Origin: Tubiluchus corallicola
Lineage: Eukaryota > Animalia > Priapulida
Direction: 5' to 3'
DNA length: 38,322 nucleotides
Assembly (NCBI GenBank): GCA_030141605.1
Contig: JAQGDQ010002435.1
Coordinates: 1-38,322 of the forward strand
The notes below the pieces were generated by a model. The model was not told where the DNA came from, ran no database searches, and worked only from the letters and a program-made list of their open reading frames with translations. A program made the translations under genes and the position numbers. Below, piece after piece: positions 1 through 12,951 of the stretch. Positions within the stretch are counted from its first letter, which is position 1; each line of letters opens with the position of its first letter.

Positions 1-1
1 A

Positions 2-3000
2 ATCGCGCGGCCATTGAAATCCTTAGCGGATATGCTAAAGGGAAAACAGGGGCGTTTCCGTCAGAATCTTCTTGGAAAACGGGTGGATTATTCGGGACGT
101 TCAGTGATTACGGTGGGCCCTCATTTGATGCTTCACCAGTGTGGCTTGCCAAAGAAGATGGCACTGGAGCTTTTCAAGCCTTTTATTTACTCGAAGTTAG
201 AAATGTACGGCTATGCCTCGACCGTGAAGGCGGCAAAGCGTATGGTTGAACTGAAACGCCCAGAGGTTTGGGACGTTTTAGAGGAGGTTATTCGGGAGCA
301 TCCTGTTTTGTTAAATCGCGCGCCGACATTGCATAGGCTGGGTATCCAGGCGTTTGAGCCTCTTTTGATGGAAGGAAAAGCTATTCAGCTTCATCCGCTG
401 GTATGCGCGGCGTTTAACGCGGATTTTGACGGTGATCAGATGGCTGTCCATATTCCTTTATCGTTAGAGGCGCAGCTGGAGGCTCGTGTATTAATGATGT
501 CGACGAACAATATTTTAAGCCCGGCGCATGGCCGTCCGATTATTGTTCCGTCGCAGGATATTATTCTTGGTCTTTACTATCTTTCCCTTGAGCGAAGCAA
601 TGAACAAGGGGAGGGAATGGTTTTTTCCGACACTCATGGAGAGCTGGAGCACGCGCTTGCCAGTGGCGTTGTTTCACTTCATGCAAAAGTGAAATATCGC
701 TATGGGACGGTAGAGCAGGACGGAAATACAGTATATGAGACTGTTGAGACAACACCGGGCCGTATAAAATTGTTTGAGATTTTGCCAACCCATCCAAACT
801 TAGGATTTCGAGTTGTAAACCGCCTTTTAACAAAAAAGGAAGTTTCTCAGGCGATTGATTTGGTGTATCGCCACTGTGGTCAGAAGGAGACGGTTATTTT
901 TGCGGATCGCATTATGACGCTAGGCTTTGAGGCCGCGTGTAATGCTGGCATTTCCATAGGGAAGGATGATCTTGTTATTCCTGAGAATAAAGAAGCGATT
1001 ATCGCAGAGTCGGAAAAACAAGTTCAACAGTATGAACAACAGTATCAGGATGGCTTGATAACACGGGGAGAAAAATACAATAAAGTGATTGACGCCTGGT
1101 CGCTATGCTCGGATGTTGTCGCGAAAGAGATGATGGCGCGCATTTCAGGTACAGATGAAGATCGTCCAGTAAATTCTGTTTATATGATGGTTCATTCTGG
1201 GGCAAGGGGATCTCCAGCTCAGATGAAGCAGCTTGCGGGTATGCGCGGGCTGATGGCTAAGCCGTCCGGAGAAATTATCGAAACACCGATTATCTCGAAT
1301 TTTAAGGAAGGGCTGACGGTTCTTGAGTATTTTAACTCGACTCACGGCGCGCGTAAAGGGCTTGCGGATACGGCTTTAAAAACAGCGAACTCTGGTTATT
1401 TGACACGGCGCCTTGTCGATGTCGCGCAGGATTGTATTATTCGTGAGCAAGATTGCGGAACAAAAGAGGGAATTGTTTTGCAAGCAGTTGTTGAAGGAGG
1501 TGAGGTTATAGCTTCTTTAGGTGATCGAGCGCTAGGACGTATTCTTATTGAGGATGCGATTAACCCTGAGACAGATGAGGTGATTGTCTCTGCGGACAAT
1601 ATGGTAACAGAGGATACAGCGCGTATTCTTGATGATTCTGGCCTTGAGCGTGTCGTGATTCGCTCGCCGTTAATGTGCCAGGCGGAGCGCGGTATTTGTA
1701 TCAACTGTTACGGGCGCGATCTTTCCCGTGGTAAAACTGTAAATATCGGTGAGGCGGTTGGTGTCATTGCGGCACAGTCCATTGGCGAACCGGGAACACA
1801 GTTGACGATGCAGACGTTTCATATTGGTGGAGCGGCGCAACGAGGCGCGGAGCAGAGCAATATTGACGCGACAACAGCAGGCCGCATAGAGCTTCGAAGC
1901 TGCCAGCCTGTGAAAAATAGCTCAGGTGAGATACTTGTGATGAGTCGTTCCGGTGAGCTTGCGATTCGAGACGCGAAGAATCGGGAACGTGCCCGACATC
2001 GTATACCTTATGGCGCTCGCTTGCTCGTTAAGGACAAAGCGGCGGTTTCAGTTGGCGATCGCCTTGTTGAGTGGGATCCGTTTACGACGCCGATTATAGC
2101 GGAGACAGAAGGTATCGCGAATTATGTCGATCTTGTTGATGATATCTCAATGATGGAGCAGTTCGACGAAGAGACAGGGCTGGCGTCTAAAGTCGTTATG
2201 GATTGGAGACAGCAGGCAAGGAGCGCATCGTTACGCCCTCGTATTACGATTCGTGATGATACGGGCGAGATTGTCGCCGTGGAAGAAAAGGGAGATGCAC
2301 GCTATTATCTGGTTCCCAACGCCATTATTGTTGTGGGAGCGGGCCAGAAGATTAACCGCGGAGATGTTTTAGCAAGAATTCCAAGAGATTCTGTGAAGAC
2401 TCGTGATATTACAGGTGGTTTGCCTCGTGTTGCGGAGCTTTTTGAAGCGCGAATGCCTAAAGACCCAGCGATTGTCGCTCATATTGATGGAACGGTTCAT
2501 CTGGGTAAGGATTATAAGATGCGCAGAGGCGTTATATTGCGCTCTCTTGATGGAGAAGAGACAGTTGAATATATGATCTCTCGAGATCAACAGCTTCTTA
2601 TTCAAGATGGTGACTTTATTCGTTCTGGGGAAGCGTTGACAGAAGGCACGATTGCTCCTCATGATATTTTGCGGGCCAATGGTGTCCAGGCGCTGGCAGA
2701 ATATATGATTAGCGAGGTTCAGGAAGTTTATCGCCTTCAGGGCGTGACGATTAACGATAAGCATATTGAGGTTATTTTACGTCAAATGCTTCAAAAAGTT
2801 GAAATTGTGGATTCTGGCGCTACAGCGCATCTTTCCGGAGAACAGGTTTCTAGGGAAGATATTGAGGAGGAGAATCGAAAACTGCAAGCGCGAGACGAAA
2901 AACCAGCGACTTATGCGCCTGTTCTTCAGGGAATTACAAAAGCGAGCCTTCAGACACGTTCCTTTATTTCCGCAGCCTCTTTCCAAGAAACGACTCGTGT

Positions 3001-3169
3001 TTTAACGGAGGCGGCTGTTTCCGGTAAGATTGATAATCTTGAGGGACTGAAGGAAAATGTAATTGTCGGCCGCCTGATTCCAGCGGGAACGGGCAGTGTT
3101 ATTCGAGAAACGGATTATCTTTTTTCTGACGATACGGCGGAGTCTCTGGAGTATCAGGAGAATAGCTAG
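2..3169 (+). CDS. rpoC: RNA polymerase beta' subunit (5'-truncated by window edge)
   Basis: NADFDGD catalytic motif, [29 protein letters not shown]; the N-terminal part lies upstream of the window. Confidence 0.99.
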   Translation: MARPLKSLADMLKGKQGRFRQNLLGKRVDYSGRSVITVGPHLMLHQCGLPKKMALELFKPFIYSKLEMYGYASTVKAAKRMVELKRPEVWDVLEEVIREHPVLLNRAPTLHRLGIQAFEPLLMEGKAIQLHPLVCAAFNADFDGDQMAVHIPLSLEAQLEARVLMMSTNNILSPAHGRPIIVPSQDIILGLYYLSLERSNEQGEGMVFSDTHGELEHALASGVVSLHAKVKYRYGTVEQDGNTVYETVETTPGRIKLFEILPTHPNLGFRVVNRLLTKKEVSQAIDLVYRHCGQKETVIFADRIMTLGFEAACNAGISIGKDDLVIPENKEAIIAESEKQVQQYEQQYQDGLITRGEKYNKVIDAWSLCSDVVAKEMMARISGTDEDRPVNSVYMMVHSGARGSPAQMKQLAGMRGLMAKPSGEIIETPIISNFKEGLTVLEYFNSTHGARKGLADTALKTANSGYLTRRLVDVAQDCIIREQDCGTKEGIVLQAVVEGGEVIASLGDRALGRILIEDAINPETDEVIVSADNMVTEDTARILDDSGLERVVIRSPLMCQAERGICINCYGRDLSRGKTVNIGEAVGVIAAQSIGEPGTQLTMQTFHIGGAAQRGAEQSNIDATTAGRIELRSCQPVKNSSGEILVMSRSGELAIRDAKNRERARHRIPYGARLLVKDKAAVSVGDRLVEWDPFTTPIIAETEGIANYVDLVDDISMMEQFDEETGLASKVVMDWRQQARSASLRPRITIRDDTGEIVAVEEKGDARYYLVPNAIIVVGAGQKINRGDVLARIPRDSVKTRDITGGLPRVAELFEARMPKDPAIVAHIDGTVHLGKDYKMRRGVILRSLDGEETVEYMISRDQQLLIQDGDFIRSGEALTEGTIAPHDILRANGVQALAEYMISEVQEVYRLQGVTINDKHIEVILRQMLQKVEIVDSGATAHLSGEQVSREDIEEENRKLQARDEKPATYAPVLQGITKASLQTRSFISAASFQETTRVLTEAAVSGKIDNLEGLKENVIVGRLIPAGTGSVIRETDYLFSDDTAESLEYQENS

Positions 3170-3189
3170 ACGCTAACGCGCTATCAAGT

Positions 3190-3220
3190 AAAAGCCACAG
3201 GATTGACTGTGGCTTTTTTT
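3190..3220 (+). terminator. Intrinsic terminator after rpoC
   Basis: AAAAGCCACAG-gattga-CTGTGGCTTTT perfect 11-bp stem running into a T tract, 20 nt after the stop codon. Confidence 0.9.
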
Positions 3221-3394
3221 ATAGGCGTTGAAAGGGCGTTTTAAGAGAGCTGCCCTTGTAGATAACTGTACGCCAAGCTATGGAAATTTGGGTATGTTGA
3301 ACTGCTTTTTATAAAAATATTCAGGGAAAATTCTCTGTTTTTATACAATAAGCGGAAGAGTCAGAAATAATTTATACGAATTAGGATCTTTTTC

Positions 3395-3423
3395 TTGACG
3401 AAATGCTTTGTTAAGTCTAAGAT
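3395..3423 (+). promoter_or_regulatory. sigma70 promoter of the str (rpsL) operon
   Basis: TTGACG (3395-3400), 17-bp spacer, TAAGAT (3418-3423), AT-rich upstream. Confidence 0.75.
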
Positions 3424-3505
3424 TGCGATCTCTGAAATAAAATCTGGTCGTGGATGTTTTGAAGCGTTCAAACACGGGTTTGTTAATTAGATAAAGTTTA
3501 ATGAA

Positions 3506-3559
3506 CTTCAAGCAAGAAAGCTTAAGATATTTTCTGATGCTTGAAGCTTTTTTGTTTTT
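3506..3559 (+). promoter_or_regulatory. rpsL leader stem-loop followed by T tract (putative attenuator)
   Basis: CTTCAAGCA (3506-3514) pairs with TGCTTGAAG (3538-3546), inner AGAAA/TTTCT pairing, followed by CTTTTTTGTTTTT. Confidence 0.5.
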
Positions 3560-3600
3560 AGCTATGTTTGTCTATTGTCTAAGGGAAATGGAAAAATAGG

Positions 3601-3972
3601 ATGCCGACGATAAACCAATTAGTACGTAAACCGCGCAAGGCGCCGATTAATCGTAATAAAGTGCCTGCTCTTGAGCAATGCCCTCAGAAACGAGGGGTTT
3701 GTACACGTGTTTACACAACAACGCCAAAGAAACCGAACTCAGCGCAACGGAAAGTTGCTCGTATTCGTTTAACCAATGGCTATGAGGTCACGGGATATAT
3801 TCCTGGTGAGGGTCATAATCTTCAGGAGCACTCTGTTGTTTTGATACGGGGAGGGCGTGTGAAGGATTTACCAGGTGTTCGTTATCATATTGTACGGGGT
3901 ACGCTTGATACTCAAGGTGTTTCGGATCGTCGTCGGGGACGTTCGAAATACGGTGCCAAACGTCCTAAGTAA
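3601..3972 (+). CDS. rpsL: 30S ribosomal protein S12
   Basis: [31 protein letters not shown]. Confidence 0.99.
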   Translation: MPTINQLVRKPRKAPINRNKVPALEQCPQKRGVCTRVYTTTPKKPNSAQRKVARIRLTNGYEVTGYIPGEGHNLQEHSVVLIRGGRVKDLPGVRYHIVRGTLDTQGVSDRRRGRSKYGAKRPK

Positions 3973-3989
3973 GAGTGTAAGGTGAGATA

Positions 3990-4460
3990 ATGTCAAGACG
4001 TCATTCAGCAGAGAAAAGAACAGTTTATCCGGATCCTAAATATGGAGATGTTGTTCTAGCTAAATTTATGAATTGTTTGATGTATAGTGGTAAGAAGTCA
4101 GTTGCGGAGACAATTGTTTACAGTGCTCTTGATCTTGCTGAAAAGCGGGGAAATATGGGCGCTTTGGAGTTGTTTCATGAAGCGATTTCTAATACAAAGC
4201 CTCTTGTTGAGGTTCGTTCCCGTCGTGTTGGTGGCGCGACATATCAGGTGCCTTTTGAGGTTCGCCCTGATCGAAAACAGGCTTTAGCGATCCGCTGGCT
4301 GATTGATGCCGCGAGAAAACGAGGCGAGCGCACAATGGTGGAGCGCTTAAGCAATGAACTTTTAGATGCTTCCGCTAACAAAGGGGCTGCTATTAAAAAG
4401 CGTGAAGATACACATCGTATGGCAGAGGCGAATAAAGCGTTTTCGCATTATCGCTGGTAG
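3990..4460 (+). CDS. rpsG: 30S ribosomal protein S7
   Basis: [30 protein letters not shown]. Confidence 0.99.
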   Translation: MSRRHSAEKRTVYPDPKYGDVVLAKFMNCLMYSGKKSVAETIVYSALDLAEKRGNMGALELFHEAISNTKPLVEVRSRRVGGATYQVPFEVRPDRKQALAIRWLIDAARKRGERTMVERLSNELLDASANKGAAIKKREDTHRMAEANKAFSHYRW

Positions 4461-4493
4461 ATTATTATAAGGATTTGAAGAAGGTTTTTTAAG

Positions 4494-6566
4494 ATGGCTC
4501 GTGTAACCCCCTTAGAACGATATCGTAATATTGGTATAATGGCGCATATTGATGCGGGTAAGACAACGACGACAGAGCGTATTCTTTATTATACGGGACG
4601 TTCCCATAAGATTGGAGAGGTTCATGAAGGGGCCGCGACCATGGACTGGATGGAACAGGAGCAGGAACGCGGGATTACGATAACATCCGCGGCGACCACC
4701 TGTTTTTGGAACGATCATCGCGTTAATATTATTGATACACCGGGTCATGTTGACTTTACAATTGAGGTTGAGCGCTCTTTGCGTGTTTTAGACGGCGCGG
4801 TTGCGGTTTTTGATAGTGTTGCAGGTGTAGAGCCTCAGTCCGAGACGGTTTGGCGTCAGGCAGATAAATATAACGTGCCTCGTATGTGTTTAGTGAATAA
4901 AATGGATCGCACAGGCGCGGACTTTTTCCGTTGTGTCGATATGATTCATGATCGCCTTGGCGCGCGTGCGATGGTTTTACAGCTTCCCATTGGTTCGGAA
5001 GCTGATTTTGTAGGTGTTGTTGACTTATTGAAGCAGCAGGCGATTATTTGGAAAGATGAGTCCTTGGGAGCGGAATTTAGCTATGAGGATATTCCGGCAG
5101 AACTCGCGGATCAGGCAGAGGAGTATCGCGCTCTTTTGGTTGAGATGGCGGTTGAGCAGGATGACGTTGCTATGGAAGCTTACCTTGAGGGAGATGAGCC
5201 TGATATTGAAGTTTTAAAGCGCTGCATTCGCGCAGGAACAATAGCGGGTGATTTTACGCCTGTTTTCTGTGGAAGCGCCTTTAAAAATAAGGGCGTTCAG
5301 CCTTTATTGGACGCTGTTATTGATTATTTACCGTCTCCGTTGGATATTCCACCTGTTCAGGGTGTTGCTCTTGACGGAGAGACGGAGATTGAACGAAAGA
5401 ACTCTGATGAGGAGCCTTTTTCCGCATTGGCGTTTAAGATTATGAATGATCCATTTGTTGGCTCTTTAGCGTTTTGTCGTATTTATTCTGGTGTTCTTGA
5501 AAGCGGTATGACGGTTCTAAATACAGTTAAGGGTAAGAAGGAAAGAATCGGCCGTATGCTTTTGATGCACGCGAATAGCCGTGAAGAGATTAAAGAAGCG
5601 CGGGCAGGTGATATTATTGCTCTTGTCGGCCTTAAGGAATCAACGACAGGAGATACGTTGAGCGTTCAGAACTCGCCGGTTATTTTAGAGCGTATGGAAT
5701 TTCCAGAGCCTGTTATTGAAGTTGCCGTTGAGCCGAAATCTCGTGGTGATCAGGAACGTTTAGGGGTTGCTTTATCGCGTCTTGCCGCGGAGGATCCGTC
5801 TTTCCGTGTGACTTCTGACGAAGAGAGTGGCCAGACAATTATCGCTGGTATGGGTGAGCTTCATCTTGAAATTATTGTGGATCGTTTAAAACGTGAATTT
5901 AAAGTGGAAGCGAATGTCGGCGCGCCTCAGGTGGCGTACCGAGAAACAATTTCCGGAACGGCGGATATTGATTATACCCATAAGAAGCAGTCGGGCGGAG
6001 CGGGCCAGTTTGCCCGTGTTAAAATGCGCTTTTCACCATTGGAGGCGGGAAGTGGTTTTGAATTTAAGAGCTCAGTTGTTGGCGGAAATGTTCCTAAGGA
6101 ATACATCCCTGGTGTTGAAAAAGGTTTAAAGAGCGCTTTAAATTCAGGTGTATTGGCGGGTTATCCTGTTACGGATATTGAAATAGAACTTTATGATGGC
6201 GCGTATCATGATGTTGACTCGAGTGTTTTTGCATTTGAAATCGCGGCACGCGCAGCTTTCCGAGAAGGTGTTCGGAAGGCGAAGCCGAAAATTTTAGAGC
6301 CGGTTATGAAAGTGGAGGTCGTGACCCCTGAAGAGTATATGGGCGATGTTATTGGTGATTTAAATAGCCGCCGAGGACAGGTTGGAGGCATGGATCAACG
6401 AGCAAACGCTCGTGTTATCGATGCTGCTGTTCCGCTTTCAAATATGTTTGGTTATGTGAATACGTTGCGCTCGATCAGTCAAGGTCGGGCACAATTTACA
6501 ATGTTTTTCAGTCATTACTCGGAAGTTCCTGAAGCTGTTGCTGCAGAAATTATGAACAAGAGTTAA
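4494..6566 (+). CDS. fusA: Elongation factor G
   Basis: [27 protein letters not shown] GTPase motifs; 690 aa. Confidence 0.99.
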   Translation: MARVTPLERYRNIGIMAHIDAGKTTTTERILYYTGRSHKIGEVHEGAATMDWMEQEQERGITITSAATTCFWNDHRVNIIDTPGHVDFTIEVERSLRVLDGAVAVFDSVAGVEPQSETVWRQADKYNVPRMCLVNKMDRTGADFFRCVDMIHDRLGARAMVLQLPIGSEADFVGVVDLLKQQAIIWKDESLGAEFSYEDIPAELADQAEEYRALLVEMAVEQDDVAMEAYLEGDEPDIEVLKRCIRAGTIAGDFTPVFCGSAFKNKGVQPLLDAVIDYLPSPLDIPPVQGVALDGETEIERKNSDEEPFSALAFKIMNDPFVGSLAFCRIYSGVLESGMTVLNTVKGKKERIGRMLLMHANSREEIKEARAGDIIALVGLKESTTGDTLSVQNSPVILERMEFPEPVIEVAVEPKSRGDQERLGVALSRLAAEDPSFRVTSDEESGQTIIAGMGELHLEIIVDRLKREFKVEANVGAPQVAYRETISGTADIDYTHKKQSGGAGQFARVKMRFSPLEAGSGFEFKSSVVGGNVPKEYIPGVEKGLKSALNSGVLAGYPVTDIEIELYDGAYHDVDSSVFAFEIAARAAFREGVRKAKPKILEPVMKVEVVTPEEYMGDVIGDLNSRRGQVGGMDQRANARVIDAAVPLSNMFGYVNTLRSISQGRAQFTMFFSHYSEVPEAVAAEIMNKS

Positions 6567-6591
6567 GAAGATTTAAAGAGGGAATTGGATT

Positions 6592-7785
6592 ATGGCCAAG
6601 GAGAAGTTTGAACGAACGAAGCCTCATTGTAATATAGGTACGATAGGTCATGTTGACCATGGTAAGACGACATTGACGGCAGCGATTACGCGAGTATTAT
6701 CGGAAGAGGGAGGTGGGTCTTATACGCCTTTTGACGAGATAGACAAGGCTCCAGAGGAGCGGGCCCGTGGTATCACGATATCGACGGCGCATGTTGAGTA
6801 TGAGACGCCTGCTCGCCATTATGCGCATGTTGACTGTCCTGGTCATGCTGATTATGTCAAGAACATGATCACCGGAGCCGCGCAGATGGATGGTGCGATC
6901 TTGGTTGTCTCAGCGTCTGATGGAGCGATGCCTCAGACACGTGAGCATATATTGCTTGCTCGTCAGGTAGGAGTTCCTGCGATAGTTGTTTATTTGAACA
7001 AAGTTGATCAGGTAGATGATGAAGAGCTTTTGGAGCTTGTTGAGATGGAACTTCGAGAGCTTTTGAGTAGTTATGATTTTCCTGGTGATGATATCCCTAT
7101 CGTTAAAGGTTCGGCATTAGCTGCGCTTGAGGGGCGTGATCCTGATGGTATAGGTAAGCAGACGATATTGGATTTAATGGAAGCGGTTGACAGTTATATT
7201 CCTCAGCCGGACCGTCCTAAGGACCAGGCATTTTTGATGCCGATAGAAGATGTATTTTCGATATCGGGTCGTGGTACGGTTGTTACGGGTCGCATAGAGA
7301 GTGGAGTTGTTCGCGTTGGCGAGGAAGTAGAGATTGTCGGTTTGCGTGAGACTGAGAAGACGACATGTACGGGAGTAGAGATGTTCCGTAAGTTGCTTGA
7401 TCAGGGAGAGGCGGGCGATAATGTTGGTTTGCTGCTTCGAGGTATTAAACGCGATGATGTTGAGCGTGGTCAGGTATGTGCTGCGCCTGGTTCGATTACT
7501 CCTCATACGAAGTTTGAGTGTGAGGCTTATATATTGACGAAGGATGAAGGGGGTCGCCATACGCCATTTTTTGGTAATTATCGTCCTCAATTTTATTTCC
7601 GCACGACGGATGTTACAGGGAGTGTGGTATTGCCGTCAGACAAAGAGATGGTTATGCCAGGAGACAATGTATCGTTTAGTGTAGAGCTTATCGCGCCGAT
7701 AGCGATGAATGAGCAGCTGCGTTTTGCGATCCGAGAAGGGGGACGGACTGTCGGTGCTGGTGTCGTCTCTAAAGTCATTGAATAA
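6592..7785 (+). CDS. tuf: Elongation factor Tu
   Basis: [38 protein letters not shown]. Confidence 0.99.
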   Translation: MAKEKFERTKPHCNIGTIGHVDHGKTTLTAAITRVLSEEGGGSYTPFDEIDKAPEERARGITISTAHVEYETPARHYAHVDCPGHADYVKNMITGAAQMDGAILVVSASDGAMPQTREHILLARQVGVPAIVVYLNKVDQVDDEELLELVEMELRELLSSYDFPGDDIPIVKGSALAALEGRDPDGIGKQTILDLMEAVDSYIPQPDRPKDQAFLMPIEDVFSISGRGTVVTGRIESGVVRVGEEVEIVGLRETEKTTCTGVEMFRKLLDQGEAGDNVGLLLRGIKRDDVERGQVCAAPGSITPHTKFECEAYILTKDEGGRHTPFFGNYRPQFYFRTTDVTGSVVLPSDKEMVMPGDNVSFSVELIAPIAMNEQLRFAIREGGRTVGAGVVSKVIE

Positions 7786-7806
7786 TTTGAGAGCGAGGGG
7801 CTGAAT

Positions 7807-8115
7807 ATGGAAGGCCAAAATATTCGTATTAGGCTTAGGGCGTTTGATTATCGTATGCTAGATCAATCAGCCACTGAAATTATTAATACAGCAAAGAGGA
7901 CAGGGGCTCAGATTCGAGGGCCGATTCCTCTACCGACACGTATAGAAAAATTTACGGTGTTGCGTTCACCACATATCGATAAAAAATCTCGTGAGCAATT
8001 TGAGATTAGAACGCACAAACGTTTGTTAGATATTATTGATCCGACACCTCAGACAGTTGACGCTCTTATGAAGCTAGAACTGTCAGCAGGTGTTAATGTT
8101 GAGATAAAGCTTTAG
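7807..8115 (+). CDS. rpsJ: 30S ribosomal protein S10
   Basis: [30 protein letters not shown]. Confidence 0.99.
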   Translation: MEGQNIRIRLRAFDYRMLDQSATEIINTAKRTGAQIRGPIPLPTRIEKFTVLRSPHIDKKSREQFEIRTHKRLLDIIDPTPQTVDALMKLELSAGVNVEIKL

Positions 8116-8126
8116 GCGAGGGAAGA

Positions 8127-8906
8127 ATGCGTACAGGGTTAATAGCACGCAAGCTTGGAATGAGCCGGATTTTTTCTGAGAACGGCACGCACATACCGGT
8201 TACGGTCTTACAGTTAGACTCATGCTGTGTTGTAGCACAACGTTCTATTGAAAAAGATGGCTATATTGCGCTTCAGCTTGGCGCCGGCAAGGCGAAGGTG
8301 AAGAATGTAAGCAAGCCTATGCGTGGGCATTTTGCGAAGGCTAAGATTGAGCCTTCCCGAAAGCTTGCGGAGTTTCGAGTTTCACAAGAGGCTCTTTTAG
8401 ATGTTGGATCAGAACTTTCAGCTGATCATTTTATTCCTGGGCAGCGTATTGATGTGACAGGAGCGAGCATAGGTAAAGGATTTGCTGGCGGAATGAAACG
8501 TCATGGATTTGGCGGAATGCGCGCCTCTCATGGTGTTTCGATTTCGCATAGAGCCCATGGCTCGACAGGAAACGCGCAGGATCCCGGTCGTGTTTTCCCA
8601 GGAAAAAAGATGGCAGGTCATATGGGAAACAGCCAGGTGACAGTGCAGAATTTAGAAGTTGTGCAGACAGATGCCGATCGTGGCCTGATTTTTGTTAAAG
8701 GCGCAGTTCCTGGCTCTAAAGGAGGATGGGTTTTAATGAGAGACGCGGTTAAATTGGATCCTCCTGAAGGACTTCCTTTCCCAGCAGCTCTTTTAGAGAA
8801 ACCCTCTTTGGCTGATGAGGCTCAGCCAGCTCAGGAAGAAGAGCCCGCAGAGAGTGCAGATAATGTAGAAGCGACAGAAGAAACAGAAGGGAATGAGCTG
8901 CCATGA
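8127..8906 (+). CDS. rplC: 50S ribosomal protein L3 (with acidic C-terminal tail)
   Basis: [32 protein letters not shown]. Confidence 0.99.
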   Translation: MRTGLIARKLGMSRIFSENGTHIPVTVLQLDSCCVVAQRSIEKDGYIALQLGAGKAKVKNVSKPMRGHFAKAKIEPSRKLAEFRVSQEALLDVGSELSADHFIPGQRIDVTGASIGKGFAGGMKRHGFGGMRASHGVSISHRAHGSTGNAQDPGRVFPGKKMAGHMGNSQVTVQNLEVVQTDADRGLIFVKGAVPGSKGGWVLMRDAVKLDPPEGLPFPAALLEKPSLADEAQPAQEEEPAESADNVEATEETEGNELP

Positions 8907-9523
8907 AGTTTGAAGTGATAGATTTTACTGGTGGCAATGTTCGAGAGATTGAGCTTGCGGATTCCGTTTTTAATGTCGAGGTTCGTCAGGATCTATTGGC
9001 ACGGACAGTTCGTTGGCAGCTAGCGTCACGACAGCAGGGAACACATAGTACGCTAACGCGTGGTCAGGTTCGCTGTTCTTCGCGCAAGCCTTTTCGCCAA
9101 AAAGGCACTGGGCGCGCTCGCCAGGGACATGGAGCTGTTTCGCAAATGCGCGGAGGAGGTGTGGTTTTTGGCCCTCTTTCTCGCTCGCACAGCCACGATT
9201 TGCCTAAGAAAGTCCGCCGCCACGCTTTACGGAGCGCCTTGTCGGAAAAAGCGCAAGGAAAGAAGCTGCTGATTTTAGAAAGCTTGTCTTGTGAAGCCCC
9301 TAAGACAGCTTCCATGGCTGCGAATTTAAAAACCCTTGGAATATCGTCAGCTTTGTTTATTGATGGACAGACGTGCGATCAGAATTTTGTTCTTTCCTGT
9401 CGCAATATACCGAATATCGATGTTTTACCTGCGTCTGGCGCAAATGTTTATGGAATACTAAATCGGGAACATTTGGTTTTGACTCCGGCGGCGATTGAGA
9501 AATTAGAGGAGCGTTTATCATGA
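8903..9523 (+). CDS. rplD: 50S ribosomal protein L4
   Basis: [23 protein letters not shown]. Confidence 0.99.
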   Translation: MKFEVIDFTGGNVREIELADSVFNVEVRQDLLARTVRWQLASRQQGTHSTLTRGQVRCSSRKPFRQKGTGRARQGHGAVSQMRGGGVVFGPLSRSHSHDLPKKVRRHALRSALSEKAQGKKLLILESLSCEAPKTASMAANLKTLGISSALFIDGQTCDQNFVLSCRNIPNIDVLPASGANVYGILNREHLVLTPAAIEKLEERLS

Positions 9524-9831
9524 GTGAGAAACAGCTTATCAGTCGTGAGAGAATGTATGAGATTCTCCGCTCTCCGTTGATTACAGAGAAAGCGACATTG
9601 CTTTCTGAGTATAATCAGGTTGTATTTCGTGTTTCTTTATGTGCGACAAAGCCTGAGATTAAAGCGGCGGTTGAGGAAATTTTTAAGGTTAAGGTTGAGA
9701 AAGTGAATACGCTTCGCCAACAGGGCAAGAGAAAGATCTTTCGAGGACGCCGTGGGCAGCGAAATGAGTATAAGAAAGCGATGGTGACTTTAGCCGAGGG
9801 CCATTCAATTGATGTGACGGCAGGATTTTAG
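9520..9831 (+). CDS. rplW: 50S ribosomal protein L23
   Basis: [27 protein letters not shown]. Confidence 0.98.
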   Translation: MSEKQLISRERMYEILRSPLITEKATLLSEYNQVVFRVSLCATKPEIKAAVEEIFKVKVEKVNTLRQQGKRKIFRGRRGQRNEYKKAMVTLAEGHSIDVTAGF

Positions 9832-9833
9832 AC

Positions 9834-10661
9834 ATGGCATTAAAGAATTACAGACCGACGACACCAGGGCGTCGAGGATTGATTTTAGTCGACCGTTCTC
9901 ATTTATGGAAAGGGGATCCGGTAAAGTCTCTTACAGAAGGTTTAAAGAAGAATGGAGGTCGTAATAATACGGGTCGTATAACGGCACGCCGTATTGGCGG
10001 CGGCCATAAGCGTCGATATCGTATTGTCGATTTCAAGCGCCGTAAATTTGATGTCGGAGCGACGATTGAGCGTATAGAGTATGATCCAAATCGGAGCGCG
10101 TTTCTTGCTCTTCTTCGGTATGATGATGATACGCTGTCTTATATACTTGCGCCGCAACGTTTACGTACTGGCGATCGTGTTGAGAGCGCTGAGGTCGCTG
10201 ACATTCGCCCTGGAAACGCGATGCTGCTGGCGAATATACCAGTTGGTACGATTGTTCATAATGTTGAGCTTCAACCGGGTCGTGGCGGGCAGCTGGCACG
10301 CTCAGCGGGCAGCTATGTTCAACTGGTGAGCAAGGATCGGGGTTGGGTTCAGCTTCGGCTTCCTTCTGGCGAGGTTCGTCTTGTTCTTGCGGGGTGTATG
10401 GCGACAGTTGGCGCTGTGTCAAACGCTGATCAGCAGAATATCAAATTGGCCAAGGCGGGTCGGAAGCGTTGGCTTGGGAAACGTCCGTCAGTTCGTGGCG
10501 TAGCCATGAATCCAGTCGATCACCCTCATGGTGGAGGCGAAGGCCGCACATCGGGAGGACGCCATCCTGTGACGCCTTGGGGAAAGTCGACAAAAGGAAT
10601 GAAGACGCGGCATAATAAAAAGACGGATAAATTTATTGTAAGCCGTCGTTACGAACGTTAA
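9834..10661 (+). CDS. rplB: 50S ribosomal protein L2
   Basis: [27 protein letters not shown]. Confidence 0.99.
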   Translation: MALKNYRPTTPGRRGLILVDRSHLWKGDPVKSLTEGLKKNGGRNNTGRITARRIGGGHKRRYRIVDFKRRKFDVGATIERIEYDPNRSAFLALLRYDDDTLSYILAPQRLRTGDRVESAEVADIRPGNAMLLANIPVGTIVHNVELQPGRGGQLARSAGSYVQLVSKDRGWVQLRLPSGEVRLVLAGCMATVGAVSNADQQNIKLAKAGRKRWLGKRPSVRGVAMNPVDHPHGGGEGRTSGGRHPVTPWGKSTKGMKTRHNKKTDKFIVSRRYER

Positions 10662-10678
10662 GAAAGGGATATAGATTT

Positions 10679-10957
10679 ATGGCACGATCTGTTTGGAAAG
10701 GACCATTCGTTGATGGTTATCTTCTAAAGAAGGCAGAGAAGGTTAGAGCTTCAGGACGTCGAGAAGTGATTAAAACATGGTCGCGGCGTTCGACAATATT
10801 GCCGCAGTTTGTTGGGTTAACATTTGGCGTCCATAATGGCATAAAATTTATTCCTGTTTTTGTGACAGAAGATATGGTAGGTCAGAAGTTTGGAGAATAT
10901 TCTCCAACTCGTGTATATTATGGCCACGCAGCTGACAAAAAGGCAAAGAGAGGGTAA
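10679..10957 (+). CDS. rpsS: 30S ribosomal protein S19
   Basis: [26 protein letters not shown]. Confidence 0.99.
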   Translation: MARSVWKGPFVDGYLLKKAEKVRASGRREVIKTWSRRSTILPQFVGLTFGVHNGIKFIPVFVTEDMVGQKFGEYSPTRVYYGHAADKKAKRG

Positions 10958-10959
10958 CA

Positions 10960-11340
10960 ATGGGCAAGTTAAAGGCTGCAAGACGCTATGCTGATAATGA
11001 AGCAGGAGTGCTTGTTCGAAATATTCGGATAAGTCCTCAAAAGTTAAACTTGGTCGCCGGAATGATACGAGGTAAGGATTGCTCAACAGCGGTTACAGAA
11101 CTGCGGTTTAGCAGGAAGCGTATAGCGATTGATGTTCGCAAGGCTTTAGAGAGCGCGATAGCGAATGCGGAAAATAACCATGGCTTGGATATTGATCGCC
11201 TTTATGTTTCTGAGGCGACGGTTGGGAAATCATTGATTATGAAGCGTTGGCGCCCACGAGCCAGAGGACGGACTGGTCGTATTGTAAAGCCGTTTAGTAA
11301 TCTTCGTCTAACTGTTTCTGAACGCGCGGAGGAGAAATAA
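10960..11340 (+). CDS. rplV: 50S ribosomal protein L22
   Basis: [30 protein letters not shown]. Confidence 0.99.
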   Translation: MGKLKAARRYADNEAGVLVRNIRISPQKLNLVAGMIRGKDCSTAVTELRFSRKRIAIDVRKALESAIANAENNHGLDIDRLYVSEATVGKSLIMKRWRPRARGRTGRIVKPFSNLRLTVSERAEEK

Positions 11341-12020
11341 TGGGACAGAAAGTTAATCCAGTAGGGTTGCGCTTAGGAATTAACCAGACGTGGGATTCTC
11401 GCTGGTATGCGGATGGAAGCTATACTAAGCAGCTTCATGAGGATTTGCAGATTCGTCGTTGGCTTGAAAAACGCCTAATGCAGGCTGGCGTCGCTCGCGT
11501 TGTTATAGAACGTCCAGCGCGCAAGGCGCGTGTTATGATTCATACGGCGCGACCAGGCGTTGTAATTGGAAAAAAAGGCGTTGATATCGATAAAATAAAA
11601 AGTGAACTTCAAAATATGACAGGTTCTGAAGTTCAGTTGAATATTTTAGAAATACGCAAGCCTGAAATTGAAGCGCAGCTTGTTGCGGAAGGAATCTCCA
11701 ACCAGCTTGTTCGCCGTGTATCGTTTCGTCGTGCGATGAAACGCGCTGTTCAGTCAGCAATGCGTTTGGGAGCTGGCGGCATTCGAGTGAATTGCAGTGG
11801 ACGCCTTGGCGGCGCGGAAATCGCTCGTATGGAATGGTACAGAGAGGGACGTGTTCCTCTTCATACACTTCGTGCGGATATTGACTATGGTGAGGCGAAA
11901 GCCTTAACAACGTATGGTATATTAGGTATCAAGGTTTGGATTTACAAGGGCGATATTATGGAACATGATCCCATGGGCCATGAGAAACGCCTATTTACAC
12001 GACGCCCTGCGACAAAATAG
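11340..12020 (+). CDS. rpsC: 30S ribosomal protein S3
   Basis: [38 protein letters not shown]. Confidence 0.99.
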   Translation: MGQKVNPVGLRLGINQTWDSRWYADGSYTKQLHEDLQIRRWLEKRLMQAGVARVVIERPARKARVMIHTARPGVVIGKKGVDIDKIKSELQNMTGSEVQLNILEIRKPEIEAQLVAEGISNQLVRRVSFRRAMKRAVQSAMRLGAGGIRVNCSGRLGGAEIARMEWYREGRVPLHTLRADIDYGEAKALTTYGILGIKVWIYKGDIMEHDPMGHEKRLFTRRPATK

Positions 12021-12053
12021 GCGATCGGGTAATAGTGAAGGGAATAAAGAGTT

Positions 12054-12473
12054 ATGTTGAGTCCAAAGAGAACAAAATTCAGGAAGGCGCATAAGGGTCG
12101 TATTCATGGAAATGCCAAAGGTGGCACGACATTGAATTTCGGAACCTATGGCTTAAAGGCGCTGACTCCTGAGCGGGTTACGTCTCGCCAAATTGAGGCG
12201 GCACGTCGTGCGATGACTCGTTACATGAAGAGGGCCGGGCGTGTGTGGATTAGGATTTTTCCTGATTTACCAGTTTCTCAGAAACCTGCAGAGGTTCGTC
12301 AGGGAAAGGGAAAAGGTACGCCTGAATATTGGGCATGCCGCGTAAAACCAGGGCGTATAATGTTTGAGATAGATGGTGTTAGCCAGGAGATAGCCCGTCG
12401 CGCTTTTGAGCTCGCGTCGGCGAAGCTTCCTGTTCGGACTCGTTTTGTCATGCGATTGGGCGAGGAGGAGTAG
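12054..12473 (+). CDS. rplP: 50S ribosomal protein L16
   Basis: [31 protein letters not shown]. Confidence 0.99.
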   Translation: MLSPKRTKFRKAHKGRIHGNAKGGTTLNFGTYGLKALTPERVTSRQIEAARRAMTRYMKRAGRVWIRIFPDLPVSQKPAEVRQGKGKGTPEYWACRVKPGRIMFEIDGVSQEIARRAFELASAKLPVRTRFVMRLGEEE

Positions 12474-12478
12474 AGAAT

Positions 12479-12691
12479 ATGAAAGTGTCAGAGGTTCGCA
12501 GTAAGAGCGTTGATGAATTAAAAGAAGCCTTGTTACACCTTCGTCGTGAGCGTTTGAATTATCGTTTTCAAGCTGCGAGTGGTATTCTTGAGAATACAGC
12601 GCAGATTAGACGTGCACGTCGGGATATAGCCCGTATAAAAACAATATTGAATGAGCGTGAATCTTCTCGGAATCAGGATGGAGAGAAATAA
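12479..12691 (+). CDS. rpmC: 50S ribosomal protein L29
   Basis: [19 protein letters not shown]; position between rplP and rpsQ. Confidence 0.97.
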   Translation: MKVSEVRSKSVDELKEALLHLRRERLNYRFQAASGILENTAQIRRARRDIARIKTILNERESSRNQDGEK

Positions 12692-12927
12692 TGCCAAGGC
12701 GAATTTTACAAGGAGTTGTTGTTAGTGATAAAATGGATAAGACGATAGTCGTCCGTGTTGAACGTCGGATTTTCCATCCATTATATCGCAAGGTTATTCG
12801 CCGTAGTCAGAAATATATGGCGCATGATCCTGAAAATAGATTGAAAATTGGGGATAATGTCAGAATACAAGAGTGTTGTCCTCTTTCCAAGCGTAAAAGC
12901 TGGGAAGTTATTTCGGAAGCGTCCTGA
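12691..12927 (+). CDS. rpsQ: 30S ribosomal protein S17
   Basis: [28 protein letters not shown]. Confidence 0.99.
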   Translation: MPRRILQGVVVSDKMDKTIVVRVERRIFHPLYRKVIRRSQKYMAHDPENRLKIGDNVRIQECCPLSKRKSWEVISEAS

Positions 12928-12951
12928 GGATTTGATGAGGAGTAATGTAGG

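Noticed and set aside
1-16. rpoC frame reads IARPL at the window edge where N(K/R)RPL is expected; AAT CGC G CGG looks like a 1-nt insertion
   Set aside because: It lies in the first bases of the window with no upstream context; an edge or assembly artefact is more likely than a frameshift in an essential gene.
3745-3747. S12 has PNSAQRK instead of PNSALRK, near the streptomycin-resistance loop
   Set aside because: K43 and the RVKDLPG lysine are intact; no basis for inferring a resistance phenotype from this substitution.
8790-8906. Acidic low-complexity tail on L3
   Set aside because: Variable C-terminal extensions on alphaproteobacterial L3 are common.
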